In this document: positions 1 to 9,381 of the stretch, in pieces
Position numbering within the stretch: position 1 is the stretch's first letter
Layout: each line of letters opens with the position of its first letter
NCBI GenBank assembly: GCA_012735465.1
Contig: JAAYHJ010000016.1
Span: 16,648 to 80,647, forward strand
Direction of reading: 5' to 3'
Source of the DNA: Clostridiaceae bacterium
GTDB lineage: Bacteria; Bacillota; Clostridia; SK-Y3
Length of the DNA stretch: 64,000 nucleotides
Program-made: the position numbers and the translations under genes
Notes under the pieces: generated by a model
Told to the model about the DNA's origin: nothing
The model's input: the letters and a program-made list of their open reading frames with translations, nothing else
The model's database searches: none

Positions 1-1430
1 CAGTTTACATGGAAAATCTTGGGCGGGTTAGGAATCTTGCGTCCCATTTCCAGCCAATGTCTAAAATAATCTGCCATGTTATAACCACAGAACGGAATCA
101 TCGCCATCGGGTCACGTCTTACCACACCTACTGCACCGGCAGCTGCAGCGGTTGTTTCTGAAGCCATGGTGGCACCGACAAATACACCATGCTGCCAGTT
201 AAAGGCTTCATATACCAATGGGGCGGTTTTTGCCCTGCGTCCTCCAAATATAATTGCAGAAATGGGAACTCCCTGGGGATCTTCCCAATGAGGTGAGATG
301 CATGGGCATTGACGGGCAGGTGCTGTGAACCTCGAGTTGGGATGGGCACCCTTTACGCCGCTTTCCGGAGTCCAGGGATTTCCTCTCCAATCAATGCCTT
401 CCCTGGGCGGTTCTCCGTCAAGTCCTTCCCACCACACTGTTCCTTCCGGTGTCAATAAAACATTGGTGAATATGGTATTTTTCTGAATGGTGGCTAAAGC
501 ATTGGGGTTGGTCTTGGAACTGGTTCCCGGTGCAACACCAAAGAACCCTGCTTCAGGGTTTATAGCCCAAAGCCGCCCGTCTTCACCTATTCTCAGCCAG
601 GCTATATCATCTCCAACAGTCCATACCTTGTATCCCTTTAGCTCTTCCGGCGGAATAAGCATGGCCAGATTGGTCTTGCCACAGGCACTGGGGAATGCGG
701 CTGCAATGTATTTCACTTCTCCCTGCGGGTTTTCCAGGCCAAGGATTAACATATGCTCGGCCATCCAACCTTCCTTTTTGCCCTGATAGCTTGCAATTCT
801 AAGAGCAAAGCATTTCTTGCTTAAAAGAACATTCCCGCCGTAACCGGAGTTTATGCTCCAGATGGTATTATCCTGAGGGAAGTGCACAATATAACGGTTT
901 TCCGGGTCAATGTCTTTTTTGGAATGCAATCCCTTTACAAAATCCTCTGAATCCCCCAATTGGTCCATAACCGCTTTCCCTACACGGGTCATAATTGCCA
1001 TATTTAAAACCACATAAATGCTGTCGGTTAACTCTATACCTACTTTACTGAAGGGAGAACCCAAAGGTCCCATTAAAAAGGGAATAACATACATGGTTCT
1101 GCCTTTCATCGAACCATCAAATAACTTCGTCAATTTATCATACATTTCGGTCGGGTCCATCCAGTTATTTGTCGGACCAGCCTCTTCCCTGGTGGGAGTA
1201 CAGATAAACGTCCTGTCCTCCACCCTTGCAACATCATTTTCTGCAGCGCGGTGAAGATAACAGCCGGGAAGTTTATCTTGATTCAGCTCAATTAATTCGC
1301 CTGTAGCCAGAGCTTCCTTTCTCAATTCGTTCAGTTGTTCTTCAGATCCATCAATCCATACTACCTTATCAGGCTTAGTAAGTGCTACCATCTCATCAAG
1401 CCATTGTAGTACAACTTTATTGCTTGTCAT
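1..1430 (-). CDS. pckG: Phosphoenolpyruvate carboxykinase (GTP), N-terminal ~476 codons; 3' end lies beyond the left window edge
   Basis: Not in the ORF track because it is open at the window edge. My translation from ATG 1430 (alternative 1436), with RBS GAAAGGAG upstream, gives [15 protein letters not shown]... It contains GTP-PEPCK motifs [28 protein letters not shown] and IIFGGRR. Confidence 0.9.
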   Translation of the reverse strand, partial: MTSNKVVLQWLDEMVALTKPDKVVWIDGSEEQLNELRKEALATGELIELNQDKLPGCYLHRAAENDVARVEDRTFICTPTREEAGPTNNWMDPTEMYDKLTKLFDGSMKGRTMYVIPFLMGPLGSPFSKVGIELTDSIYVVLNMAIMTRVGKAVMDQLGDSEDFVKGLHSKKDIDPENRYIVHFPQDNTIWSINSGYGGNVLLSKKCFALRIASYQGKKEGWMAEHMLILGLENPQGEVKYIAAAFPSACGKTNLAMLIPPEELKGYKVWTVGDDIAWLRIGEDGRLWAINPEAGFFGVAPGTSSKTNPNALATIQKNTIFTNVLLTPEGTVWWEGLDGEPPREGIDWRGNPWTPESGVKGAHPNSRFTAPARQCPCISPHWEDPQGVPISAIIFGGRRAKTAPLVYEAFNWQHGVFVGATMASETTAAAAGAVGVVRRDPMAMIPFCGYNMADYFRHWLEMGRKIPNPPKIFHVN

Positions 1431-1657
1431 GTTCATACTCCTTTCATCTTGTGAAAATATGTTAAGGGAATTATATGCAAAGTAAACAGCAGAGTTCTTC
1501 CCGATGGAACATATATACCACGCTTTGTTATTCTTTTAACAATCACGAATACATTAAAAATAAAAAACCTTCTCCGTGTTTATATAATATATTCTACATT
1601 TATTTTTTTAAATCCTTCTTTTTTTTAATAAAATACGGTAAAAAAACAAACAAAATA

Positions 1658-2515
1658 TTAATAAATTGCATCTGACAATTGAGCAAATTGCATAATAGAT
1701 AATGTTTCTCCCCTCTGATCCTCGTGTATCCCAATATCTAAGAGGGTTTTACGAATCTCCTCTTTAGTCATATTGAATAATCCGGAGTTTGATAATGCAT
1801 TTAACAGCGTTTTCCTTCTTTGTCCAAAAGCAGCTTTCACAACACTAAAAAACCTATCCTCATCTTTTACCTGAACGGATGGCTGCTCAAGTATATCAAG
1901 CTTGATCACGGTGGACTCCACTTTAGGTTGAGGCATAAAACAATGGGGAGGTACGGTTAATATGATTCGAGGTTTTGTATAATACTGTACTGCCACACTC
2001 AAAGCCCCGTACTCCTTCCCCCCTTGCTTTGCAATCATGCGTTGGGCAACCTCTTTCTGAACCATAACAATCATGCTTTTAACAGGCAGTTTTTTCTCGA
2101 GTATTCCCATGATTATAGGGGTAGTAATATAATAGGGCAGGTTTGCTGCAATTTTTACGTCCATGTTCTCAAATTCCTTTGTTATTATTGTTTTTAAATC
2201 TATTTTTAGTGCGTTTCCATTGATTACCCTTACGTTTGGGTATCCTCCAACCGTTTCATCAAGGATTGGAATGAGATTGGCATCCAATTCAATGGCAACA
2301 ACCTTAGCTGCTTTTTCTGCAAGGGCTTGAGTCAAAACGCCTATACCCGGTCCAATTTCAATTACTCCTGTTTTTTCGTCTATCTCTGCTGCTTCCATCA
2401 TTTTATCCAGTATGTTAACGTCTATAAGAAAATTTTGCCCCAGCTTCTTATTAAAGCGAAATCCATACTTTTCAATTATTTTTTTTAAAACTTTTGGTGA
2501 TGACAATTTCTCCAT
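1658..2515 (-). CDS. rsmA: 16S rRNA (adenine1518/1519-N6)-dimethyltransferase RsmA/KsgA
   Basis: 285-aa ORF with SAM-binding VIEIGPGIGVLT and the KsgA-type ANLPYYITTPI motif. It sits in a Bacillus-like position next to yabE/tatD/metG. Confidence 0.95.
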   Translation of the reverse strand: MEKLSSPKVLKKIIEKYGFRFNKKLGQNFLIDVNILDKMMEAAEIDEKTGVIEIGPGIGVLTQALAEKAAKVVAIELDANLIPILDETVGGYPNVRVINGNALKIDLKTIITKEFENMDVKIAANLPYYITTPIIMGILEKKLPVKSMIVMVQKEVAQRMIAKQGGKEYGALSVAVQYYTKPRIILTVPPHCFMPQPKVESTVIKLDILEQPSVQVKDEDRFFSVVKAAFGQRRKTLLNALSNSGLFNMTKEEIRKTLLDIGIHEDQRGETLSIMQFAQLSDAIY

Positions 2516-2611
2516 TGTGAGACCTCCTGTTTTGTTGCATTGGACTTAATGATATAGGCATCTAAAATTATTTTACCACAACAGTCTACATACTATAAAC
2601 ATGGCTTCCAA

Positions 2612-2640
2612 CAAAAAAACCGGGAATCCCGGTTTATTTT
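2612..2640 (-). terminator. Rho-independent terminator after yabE-like gene (A/T runs on both sides, may act bidirectionally)
   Basis: aaaccggg-aat-cccggttt hairpin flanked by A7 and T-rich runs, 5 nt downstream of the stop at 2645. Confidence 0.75.
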
Positions 2641-2644
2641 TCTA

Positions 2645-3691
2645 TTATTCTATGAGATATACATTTACCTTTCTCTCTCCAAACCGTTTTACAATCTCAT
2701 GATCCTCGTAAAATAGATCTATCTTATTTCCTTTAATCCCTGAACCCACATCCCCCGCTACGGCAAAACCATAACTCCAACTGCCATCGGCTCCTTCTAT
2801 ATATAACCTCGAATGAAGCGGAATCACGTTAGGGTCCACCGCAACAATGCCCTGCCGGGCTTTCATGCCCGTGTACGTAAGACCATAGTGCTTATCTTCC
2901 GGCGTTTTGCCACAACTTTCATAAGAAAGGTCATAAGCGGTAGCAGTCATCTTTAACATCTTCTTATAGCGAAAGCTGTCACCACGGGATGTCTTATATA
3001 CAGACACCGTCCCGTACTCATTTATCTGGTCAACAGGCTGTGCTTTAATGGTTTCGCTTATAAGTTGCCTTGAAACCTCTTTCCCATCGTGCAATACAAC
3101 TACATATTTCTTTTCCTTTATCCCCTCTTTCCCTTTTTGTACAACCTTAACCTTTCCCTTATCCATGTTCTCATTGGCACGGCTGATGGTCTTATAAGGA
3201 ATGCTTTCCTGTACTGTTTCTATAGTTTCAGAAACCCTTGTAATTATTATTTTCATATTATCCCTGACCCGGTCGGTTAAACTGCAGTTCATAATATCCT
3301 TACTATTAAGGGAAATATTTGACTGCTCCAGTACTCCTTTAACAGTGTTTCTTACCGTCTTAACCAACACTTCGCTGCCGTCGACAAAAACGGTTACAGG
3401 TATTGCCCTCCTGATAACTATGCCTTGCTTTTTATTAAGCTTTGTTTTCAATCCCGGCTGAACCTCGTCACCCTCATATATTTCAATTCCCTGTTCTTCT
3501 AAAAATTCTCCCACTGTTTCCTTACGCGTCTTTATATTCAGCATTTGACCGTTATCTCTTACCGATACTTCCTTTGTACTGGCAATAACCGAATTAAATA
3601 AAGAGGCTGTCAGCGAAATGGCCAGGACCAGCGCAAGAAGAAACGCTTTTTTGTAAAACAGCATTTTATTTACCGAACTATTTTGGTGCAT
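2645..3691 (-). CDS. yabE: YabE-like cell-wall-binding protein (DUF348 repeats, G5-like region, C-terminal 3D/RlpA-like domain)
   Basis: 348 aa with an N-terminal TM and C-terminal TATAYD...GMKARQGIVAVDPNVIPLHSRLYIEG...AGDVGSGIKGNKIDLF. RBS AGGAGGG lies 7 nt before the ATG. Syntenic with B. subtilis yabE. Confidence 0.85.
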   Translation of the reverse strand: MHQNSSVNKMLFYKKAFLLALVLAISLTASLFNSVIASTKEVSVRDNGQMLNIKTRKETVGEFLEEQGIEIYEGDEVQPGLKTKLNKKQGIVIRRAIPVTVFVDGSEVLVKTVRNTVKGVLEQSNISLNSKDIMNCSLTDRVRDNMKIIITRVSETIETVQESIPYKTISRANENMDKGKVKVVQKGKEGIKEKKYVVVLHDGKEVSRQLISETIKAQPVDQINEYGTVSVYKTSRGDSFRYKKMLKMTATAYDLSYESCGKTPEDKHYGLTYTGMKARQGIVAVDPNVIPLHSRLYIEGADGSWSYGFAVAGDVGSGIKGNKIDLFYEDHEIVKRFGERKVNVYLIE

Positions 3692-3727
3692 TTTTGTGCC
3701 CTCCTAGAAGTGTAGGATTCGTTGCTT

Positions 3728-3756
3728 ATTTTATTACATTTTACCATTAGTGTCAA
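3728..3756 (-). promoter_or_regulatory. Candidate sigmaA promoter of yabE (TTGACA-17 nt-TAAAAT)
   Basis: Minus strand reads TTGACA (3751-3756), a 17-nt spacer, then TAAAAT (3728-3733). It is about 35 nt upstream of the ATG and bracketed by a 10-bp inverted repeat. Confidence 0.5.
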
Positions 3757-3857
3757 ATTGCAAAAAACGAATCCTTAATTTGGTAATGCTATTAATATTA
3801 AATATATAATTATTTTATCCTTAAAATTGAAAATTTATGAGTTATATTTATTAACAC

Positions 3858-3896
3858 AAAAATGACATCCAATTGTATTTTAATGGATGCCATTTT
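3858..3896 (-). terminator. Rho-independent terminator after the P/M/G/Y-rich ORF
   Basis: Minus strand AAAAATGGCATCCA...TGGATGTCATTTTTGTG: an 11-bp stem (one mismatch) followed by a T-run. Confidence 0.6.
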
Positions 3897-3912
3897 TGTA
3901 TTAACCTATAAT

Positions 3913-4233
3913 TTATTCCTCATCCTGCACCCTTGGGTATCCCATTCCGGGAAACGGGTAGTTGATACCACCCATACCGGGATAATAATAGGGCATACCA
4001 TACGGATAACCGTACATGCCGCCGTATAAAGGCGGGTATGTACCTCCGTACATGGGATCGCCACAGCCCATTTCACCCATCATTGGCATAGATGGATACA
4101 TCATTGGAAAACCATACTGCATCATGGGACACCAGGGCATTGGTTGGGGCATCGGCTGTGGTGCAGGGGGCATCATAGGAGGCGTATATTCTCTTTCAGG
4201 CACTTTGCGCTCACGTTCCCTCTTGTCTTCCAC
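3913..4233 (-). CDS. Low-complexity Pro/Met/Gly/Tyr-rich protein (possible spore-coat or other structural protein)
   Basis: 106 aa with a GTG start and RBS GGAGGAGG 7 nt upstream. It has charged termini around a PMMPPAPQPMPQPMP...YGGMYGYPYGMPYYYPGMGG core and its own terminator. Confidence 0.6.
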   Translation of the reverse strand: MEDKRERERKVPEREYTPPMMPPAPQPMPQPMPWCPMMQYGFPMMYPSMPMMGEMGCGDPMYGGTYPPLYGGMYGYPYGMPYYYPGMGGINYPFPGMGYPRVQDEE

Positions 4234-4300
4234 AAAAATTCCTCCTCCATAAATGGTATTTCAATCATTACCAGTATATGAAGGAGGGGCTTTTTGGTGA

Positions 4301-4912
4301 TTAGCCGCTGTAATTTCTTATTCGAAACTTCACCCCTAACCGCTGTGCAATTTTTCTACATTCCTCAATATCTTCTTTACTTATCACGTTTACAACGCTC
4401 AAAATCACTTCCGGTACATATTCTTTACAGCGCACTGCAAAATCAAGCATCCCGGCAAAGGCTTCTTCTCCATATTTAGAATGGCAGAGCCTTTGATATT
4501 CCTCGGCATTTTTTGCATTTAAACTTATGGATATGGTATCCACCAATCCCTTCAGTAATGGGGTAACATCCTTGCCGTAAATCATGTTTGCATGGCCATT
4601 GGTATTAATGCGAATGGGTATGGAGCTTTTTTCCCTTATTTCCTTACATACTTCAACAATATCATAGGTGCGAATCATTGGTTCTCCATAACCACAAAAT
4701 ACAATTTCATCATATAGGGACAAATCATGACTCATTATCGAATCGATAATTTCTTTAACCGTAGGCTCCCTTTCCAGCCACAGGTTTACCCCCGTACCTA
4801 CTCCTTGTTCCGTATTTCGAATACAAAAACTACAACAATTAGTACAGCGGTTTGTAATATTTACATAAAGACTTTTACCCAATACATAGGTTATTATCAT
4901 GTCTCTATTCAT
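4301..4912 (-). CDS. TatD-associated radical SAM protein
   Basis: 203 aa with the CTNCCSFC (CxxxCxxC) cluster motif near the N-terminus. It lies directly downstream of tatD, the arrangement described for the TatD-associated radical SAM family. Confidence 0.75.
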   Translation of the reverse strand: MNRDMIITYVLGKSLYVNITNRCTNCCSFCIRNTEQGVGTGVNLWLEREPTVKEIIDSIMSHDLSLYDEIVFCGYGEPMIRTYDIVEVCKEIREKSSIPIRINTNGHANMIYGKDVTPLLKGLVDTISISLNAKNAEEYQRLCHSKYGEEAFAGMLDFAVRCKEYVPEVILSVVNVISKEDIEECRKIAQRLGVKFRIRNYSG

Positions 4913-4933
4913 TATTTTCCAAATTACTCCTTC

Positions 4934-5698
4934 TTAAATTTTAAATAGCCTCCTGGCATTCTCCAATGTTATTTCAGCTACTTTTTCTGTAGAGATTCCC
5001 CGGATTTCACCTATTTTTTCTGCAACATATCCGATGTATGTAGAATCATTACGCTTCCCGCGGTGGGGCACCGGTGTAAGATAAGGGCAATCGGTTTCAA
5101 TAAGCAACCTGTCCAGCGGAATATTTTTTACTACTTCCACTACTTTTACTGCGTTTTTAAAAGTGACCGGCCCTCCTACCGAAATATAAATTCCCATGTT
5201 CAAAAGCCTTTTTGCCATCTCCCAGCTGCCGGAAAAGCAGTGAAACACTCCACCGACTGTAGAAATATCCTCTGAAGCCACAATTTCCAGGGAATCGGCA
5301 TGGGCATCCCGGTTATGTATGATCACCGGAAGGCCCAGTTCCCTTGCCAGTTGGATTTGTTTCCGAAACCAATATTTTTGTACCTCCCGCGGTGAATAAT
5401 CATAATAGTAATCAAGGCCTATTTCACCGATGGCTACTACCTTTGGGCTTTTGGCCATTTCGGCAATCAATTGGAATGAATTATCGTCCAGTGTTGCCGC
5501 ATCATGGGGATGAACCCCTACCGCAGCATAAATAAAATCATATTTTTCCGCCAGGCGGATGCACTCTTTGGACGAATCAATATTGGAAGCCGCGTTAAGT
5601 ATATATGAAATACCCTTGCCGGGCATACCCTTGAGCAGCGTGTCCCTGTCTTCGTCAAAACGCTCATCGTCGTAATGGGCATGGGAGTCAAAAAACAT
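4934..5698 (-). CDS. tatD: TatD-family metal-dependent DNase/hydrolase
   Basis: 254 aa with MFFDSHAHYDDERF, GEIGLDYYY and IETDCPYLTP motifs. Syntenic with B. subtilis yabD. Confidence 0.92.
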   Translation of the reverse strand: MFFDSHAHYDDERFDEDRDTLLKGMPGKGISYILNAASNIDSSKECIRLAEKYDFIYAAVGVHPHDAATLDDNSFQLIAEMAKSPKVVAIGEIGLDYYYDYSPREVQKYWFRKQIQLARELGLPVIIHNRDAHADSLEIVASEDISTVGGVFHCFSGSWEMAKRLLNMGIYISVGGPVTFKNAVKVVEVVKNIPLDRLLIETDCPYLTPVPHRGKRNDSTYIGYVAEKIGEIRGISTEKVAEITLENARRLFKI

Positions 5699-5712
5699 TT
5701 TATACCCTCTTT

Positions 5713-7668
5713 CTATCTAACTTTACTTCCGCTTTCCATATCTCCGTCAATCGTTACCAGGGCAAGCTTTTCATCCCCCTCGGTGGAAGCTGCCAGGATC
5801 ATGCCATGGGATTCCACTCCCCTAAGCTTTATGGGCTGGAGATTTGCAACCAATACTAAATTTTTACCTACAAGTTCCTCAGGAGAATAATATTTTGCTA
5901 TTCCGGAAACTACCTGACGGGTCTCACTGCCCACTTGTAGTTGAAGCTTCAACAACTTGTCCGCGCCCTTAACCTTTTCAGCCGATATAACCTTTGCTAC
6001 CCGCAAATCCAGCTTGGCAAAGTCATCGATGGTAATATAGGACGGTTCCTCCTGTTTCACGGGTTCCTCTTTCTTCTCCTCCTTATGCTCTTTTGCCTTT
6101 TGCATTGCTTCCAGCTCTTCCAGTTCCTTCTTTACATCAATTCTTGGGAATATAATATCGCCCTTCTTAACCTTTGCATCCTGCTTCAAAACTCCCCAAA
6201 CCTTAGAGCTATCCCATTCGGTTTCTGCTCCCGGTTCAATGCCCACCTGACTCCAAATAATAGGAGAAGTGTTGGGCATAAAGGGCTGAATGAGTATGGA
6301 TATAATGCGTATGCTTTCAGCAAGATTATACAGGACCGTTGCCAGCCTTGCACTCTTACTCTCATCCTTTGCCAATACCCATGGCATTGTTTCATCAATG
6401 TATTTATTTGTCCTAGACACAAGCTTCCATATTTCCGTAAGCGCATTGCTAAACAAAAGCTTATCCATCAGTTGTTCCACCTTTTCGGTGGTGGAAACAG
6501 CAAGGCTTATAAGCTCATCATCATACTCTCCTGCTTCCCTTTCCCTTGGAAGTTGCCCGCCAAAGTATTTATCAATCATTGCCACCGTCCTGCTGACCAG
6601 GTTACCCAGGTCGTTGGCAAGGTCGGAATTAATTCTGTTGATGAGCGCTTCATTGGAAAAAACTCCATCGGCTCCAAAGGGAACCTCCCTTAAAAGGAAA
6701 TAACGGATTGCATCAACCCCATATTTGTTGACCAGCATAACCGGGTCCACTACATTTCCTTTGGATTTGGACATTTTACCTCCTTCAAGAAGCAGCCAGC
6801 CGTGCCCAAAAACCTGCTTTGGTAAAGGTTCACCTAAGGCCATCAACATTGCCGGCCAAATGATGGTATGGAACCTTACAATTTCCTTACCTACCAAATG
6901 AACATCCGCAGGCCAATACTTTTTATAATCCGCATCATTTTCGGTCATGTATCCTAAAGCGGTAATATAATTGGACAGGGCATCAACCCATACATATACC
7001 ACATGTTTATCATCAAAGCTAACAGGAATCCCCCAATCAAAAGTGGTACGGGAAACACATAAATCTTCAAGGCCGGGCCTTAAGAAATTGTTTAGCATCT
7101 CATTTTGCCGGGATACGGGCTGTATAAAATCAGGGTTTTCCTCAATATGCTTTATCAGGCGGTCCTGATATTTTGACAAGCGAAAGAAATAGCTTTCCTC
7201 CTTTGTTAATTCCACTTCACGCCCACAGTCAGGGCATTTCCCATCTTTCAGTTGCCGCTCTGTCCAAAAGGCTTCACAAGGGGTACAATACCATCCTTCG
7301 TATTCACTCTTATAAATATCTCCCTGGTCATACAATTTTTTAAATATCTTTTGAACAATTTCTTCATGTTGCTTATCGGTAGTCCGAATAAACCGGTCAT
7401 TTGAAATATTTAATATCTTCCACAAATTTTTGATGCTTGCCACAATTTCATCCACATAAGCCTTCGGCTTAACCCCTTTTTCCTCTGCTATTCTTTGAAT
7501 CTTTTGTCCATGCTCATCGGTCCCGGTCAGAAACATTACATCATAGCCTCTCAACCTCTTATATCTTGCCATTGCATCTGCTGCTACAGTGGTATAGGAA
7601 TGGCCAATATGCAATTTATCGCTCGGATAATAAATAGGTGTTGTTATATAGAATGTCTTGTCACTCAC
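5713..7668 (-). CDS. metG: Methionine--tRNA ligase with C-terminal tRNA-binding (Trbp111/EMAP-like) domain
   Basis: HIGH (LHIGHSYT) and KMSKS motifs, CPxC...CPDC zinc knuckle, C-terminal LDLRVAKVISAEKVKGADKLLKLQLQVG. I place the start at GTG 7668 (RBS AGGAGGAG 5 nt upstream) rather than the track ATG at 7752. Confidence 0.93.
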   Translation of the reverse strand: MSDKTFYITTPIYYPSDKLHIGHSYTTVAADAMARYKRLRGYDVMFLTGTDEHGQKIQRIAEEKGVKPKAYVDEIVASIKNLWKILNISNDRFIRTTDKQHEEIVQKIFKKLYDQGDIYKSEYEGWYCTPCEAFWTERQLKDGKCPDCGREVELTKEESYFFRLSKYQDRLIKHIEENPDFIQPVSRQNEMLNNFLRPGLEDLCVSRTTFDWGIPVSFDDKHVVYVWVDALSNYITALGYMTENDADYKKYWPADVHLVGKEIVRFHTIIWPAMLMALGEPLPKQVFGHGWLLLEGGKMSKSKGNVVDPVMLVNKYGVDAIRYFLLREVPFGADGVFSNEALINRINSDLANDLGNLVSRTVAMIDKYFGGQLPREREAGEYDDELISLAVSTTEKVEQLMDKLLFSNALTEIWKLVSRTNKYIDETMPWVLAKDESKSARLATVLYNLAESIRIISILIQPFMPNTSPIIWSQVGIEPGAETEWDSSKVWGVLKQDAKVKKGDIIFPRIDVKKELEELEAMQKAKEHKEEKKEEPVKQEEPSYITIDDFAKLDLRVAKVISAEKVKGADKLLKLQLQVGSETRQVVSGIAKYYSPEELVGKNLVLVANLQPIKLRGVESHGMILAASTEGDEKLALVTIDGDMESGSKVR

Positions 7669-7791
7669 GTTAACTCCTCCTGTTTTTTCATTTGACTTCT
7701 TCATTTTACCCAATATTATATAATATAATATCACTAAATTTCTCTTTTTCAAGGTTTTTCTGAAGATTACAAATTAGGCCATTTTTTAATT

Positions 7792-8331
7792 TCATCCAAA
7801 TACTTTTTTACATATCCATAAGCTTGCCAATATACATGTAATATCGGCCAGCAAGGCGGCGCGTACAGTATGACGTACATTCTTTATCCTTACGGAACCA
7901 AAGTAAACTGCAATGGTATAAAACGTAGTCTCCGTAGAACCCATCATAACAGATGCCAGTCGTCCTATAAAGGAATCGGGCCCGTAATTTTTTATCAGGT
8001 CAGATACTATAGCCAGTGCACCGCTTCCCGATATTGGTCGCATCAGTGCCAAGGGTATTACTTCCGGAGGCATATTTATTGCAGTTGTTATAGGGCTAAG
8101 AGCATAGGTTACCAAATCCAGGGCTCCTGAAGCACGAAATACACCTATGGCAACCATGAGTCCTACCAGGGGAGGCAAAACCCTCAAGGTGGTTTCTATT
8201 CCGTCCTTTGCGCCATCCACAAAACAATCATATACATTAACCTTTTCCGTCAAACCATGGGCAATGATGCAAAAAAACATACATGGAATGGCAAAATTGG
8301 ATACCAGCTTAATTATTTCCACAGAAACCAC
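7792..8331 (-). CDS. spmB: Spore maturation protein B
   Basis: 179-aa polytopic membrane protein paired with spmA. GTG start overlaps the spmA end. The VYDCFVDGAKDGIETTLRVLPPLVGLMVAIGVFRASGA region resembles B. subtilis SpmB. Confidence 0.8.
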   Translation of the reverse strand: MVSVEIIKLVSNFAIPCMFFCIIAHGLTEKVNVYDCFVDGAKDGIETTLRVLPPLVGLMVAIGVFRASGALDLVTYALSPITTAINMPPEVIPLALMRPISGSGALAIVSDLIKNYGPDSFIGRLASVMMGSTETTFYTIAVYFGSVRIKNVRHTVRAALLADITCILASLWICKKVFG

Positions 8332-8957
8332 CTTCTCTGCCCATTATAATAACGCCTGCCGGAGGAACAACCTTTTAAATTATTGCCCGTCTTTTGCAAT
8401 ACCTTTGCTGCAGATATGCCGACAATAAGGGTACATATGCAGGAAAACCATACAGGTACAATAATTTCAAAAGGGTTTGCCGAACCTGCCGAGGCCCGGA
8501 TAGCAATTACGGTAGCCGGAATCAATTGAAGGGATGCGGTATTTATAACCACAAACATGCACATGGCATTTGAAGCCGTGTCCTTATACCTGTTAAGCTT
8601 TTGCAATTCTTTAATTGCTTTGAGACCAAGAGGTGTTGCAGCATTTCCCAATCCTAAAATGTTTGCTACCATATTAAGCACGATTGCCCCGGCAGCAGGG
8701 GAATCGGAGGGAATTTCCGGGAACAGAAACCTGATAACGGGCCTGATTGCTTTTGAAATCTTATTTACCAGGCCGGATTTTTCCGCAACGTTCATAATCC
8801 CTGTCCATAAGCACATTACACCCAAAAGGCCAATACTCATTTCAACAGCAGCTCCCGCCGAATCCAGGGCGGCTTGTGTAGTCTGTTCAATCCTGCCCAT
8901 AAAAGCAGCAACCGTAAAGGCAATAAGAATCATTGCTGCCCAAATATAATTTAACAT
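8313..8957 (-). CDS. spmA: Spore maturation protein A (nucleoside-recognition/Gate-domain membrane protein)
   Basis: MLNYIWAAMILIAF... start at ATG 8957 with RBS GGGGGA 4 nt upstream (track start 8972 lacks an RBS). Paired with spmB. Confidence 0.8.
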   Translation of the reverse strand: MLNYIWAAMILIAFTVAAFMGRIEQTTQAALDSAGAAVEMSIGLLGVMCLWTGIMNVAEKSGLVNKISKAIRPVIRFLFPEIPSDSPAAGAIVLNMVANILGLGNAATPLGLKAIKELQKLNRYKDTASNAMCMFVVINTASLQLIPATVIAIRASAGSANPFEIIVPVWFSCICTLIVGISAAKVLQKTGNNLKGCSSGRRYYNGQRRWFLWK

Positions 8958-9099
8958 AAAATCCCCCTTCAATACTATAAAAATCCAATGCCATCCTTAT
9001 ATCTATATGCCATAGGAATACATTGAATTCCACTTGGGTTGCACTACATGGTTTTATTCTTTATCGTGCTATGCATTTTCTACAATATACAAGGGGTAA

Positions 9100-9116
9100 T
9101 GTCGAAAATTGTCGAA
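9100..9116 (+). promoter_or_regulatory. Two perfect tandem Spo0A boxes (TGTCGAA) spaced 10 bp
   Basis: TGTCGAA at 9100-9106 and 9110-9116 in the spmA/abrB divergent intergenic region. Confidence 0.55.
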
Positions 9117-9337
9117 TGATTCGGTAAGTATATTCCCAGTTATAGAAAGTCAGTTTTCATATTTTTTTACATAATAATATTTTTTACAAATATATCCCTT
9201 ATCCTGAATTTATATCATTTTCAAATTAATGGCTTTTATTATTTAATACTTTACAATAATAAAAAAATATTTGAATTTATTTGATTCATTTTATTGCCAT
9301 TGTTGTAAAATGTTTTTCCAATATGTTTATTTTACTA

Positions 9338-9366
9338 TTGACGTTTATTGACATTTATGGTATTAT
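9338..9366 (+). promoter_or_regulatory. Candidate sigmaA promoter of abrB (TTGACG-17 nt-TATTAT)
   Basis: TTGACG 9338-9343, a 17-nt spacer, TATTAT 9361-9366. About 45 nt upstream of the abrB ATG. Confidence 0.55.
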
Positions 9367-9381
9367 AACAAATGTAGAGCT

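Noticed and set aside
3692-3912. c-di-AMP (ydaO-type) riboswitch upstream of the yabE-like cell-wall gene.
   Set aside because: The region is extremely AT-rich and lacks the GC-rich conserved pseudo-symmetric cores of that riboswitch class. A plain sigmaA promoter fits better.
5941-6693. Long ORFs in the track lying antisense inside well-supported genes. Examples: 5941-6693 and 6290-6703 in metG, 57730-58542 and 56888-57643 in metH, 33596-34180 in leuC, 31183-31749 in leuB, 18615-19094 in coaX, 44769-45284 in the cassette, 48610-49014 opposite the cupin gene, and 10398-10952.
   Set aside because: Each is fully embedded opposite a gene with clear family motifs. They have odd, low-complexity or Ser/Leu/Phe/Ile-biased products, no RBS and no independent terminators. 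These are typical shadow ORFs.
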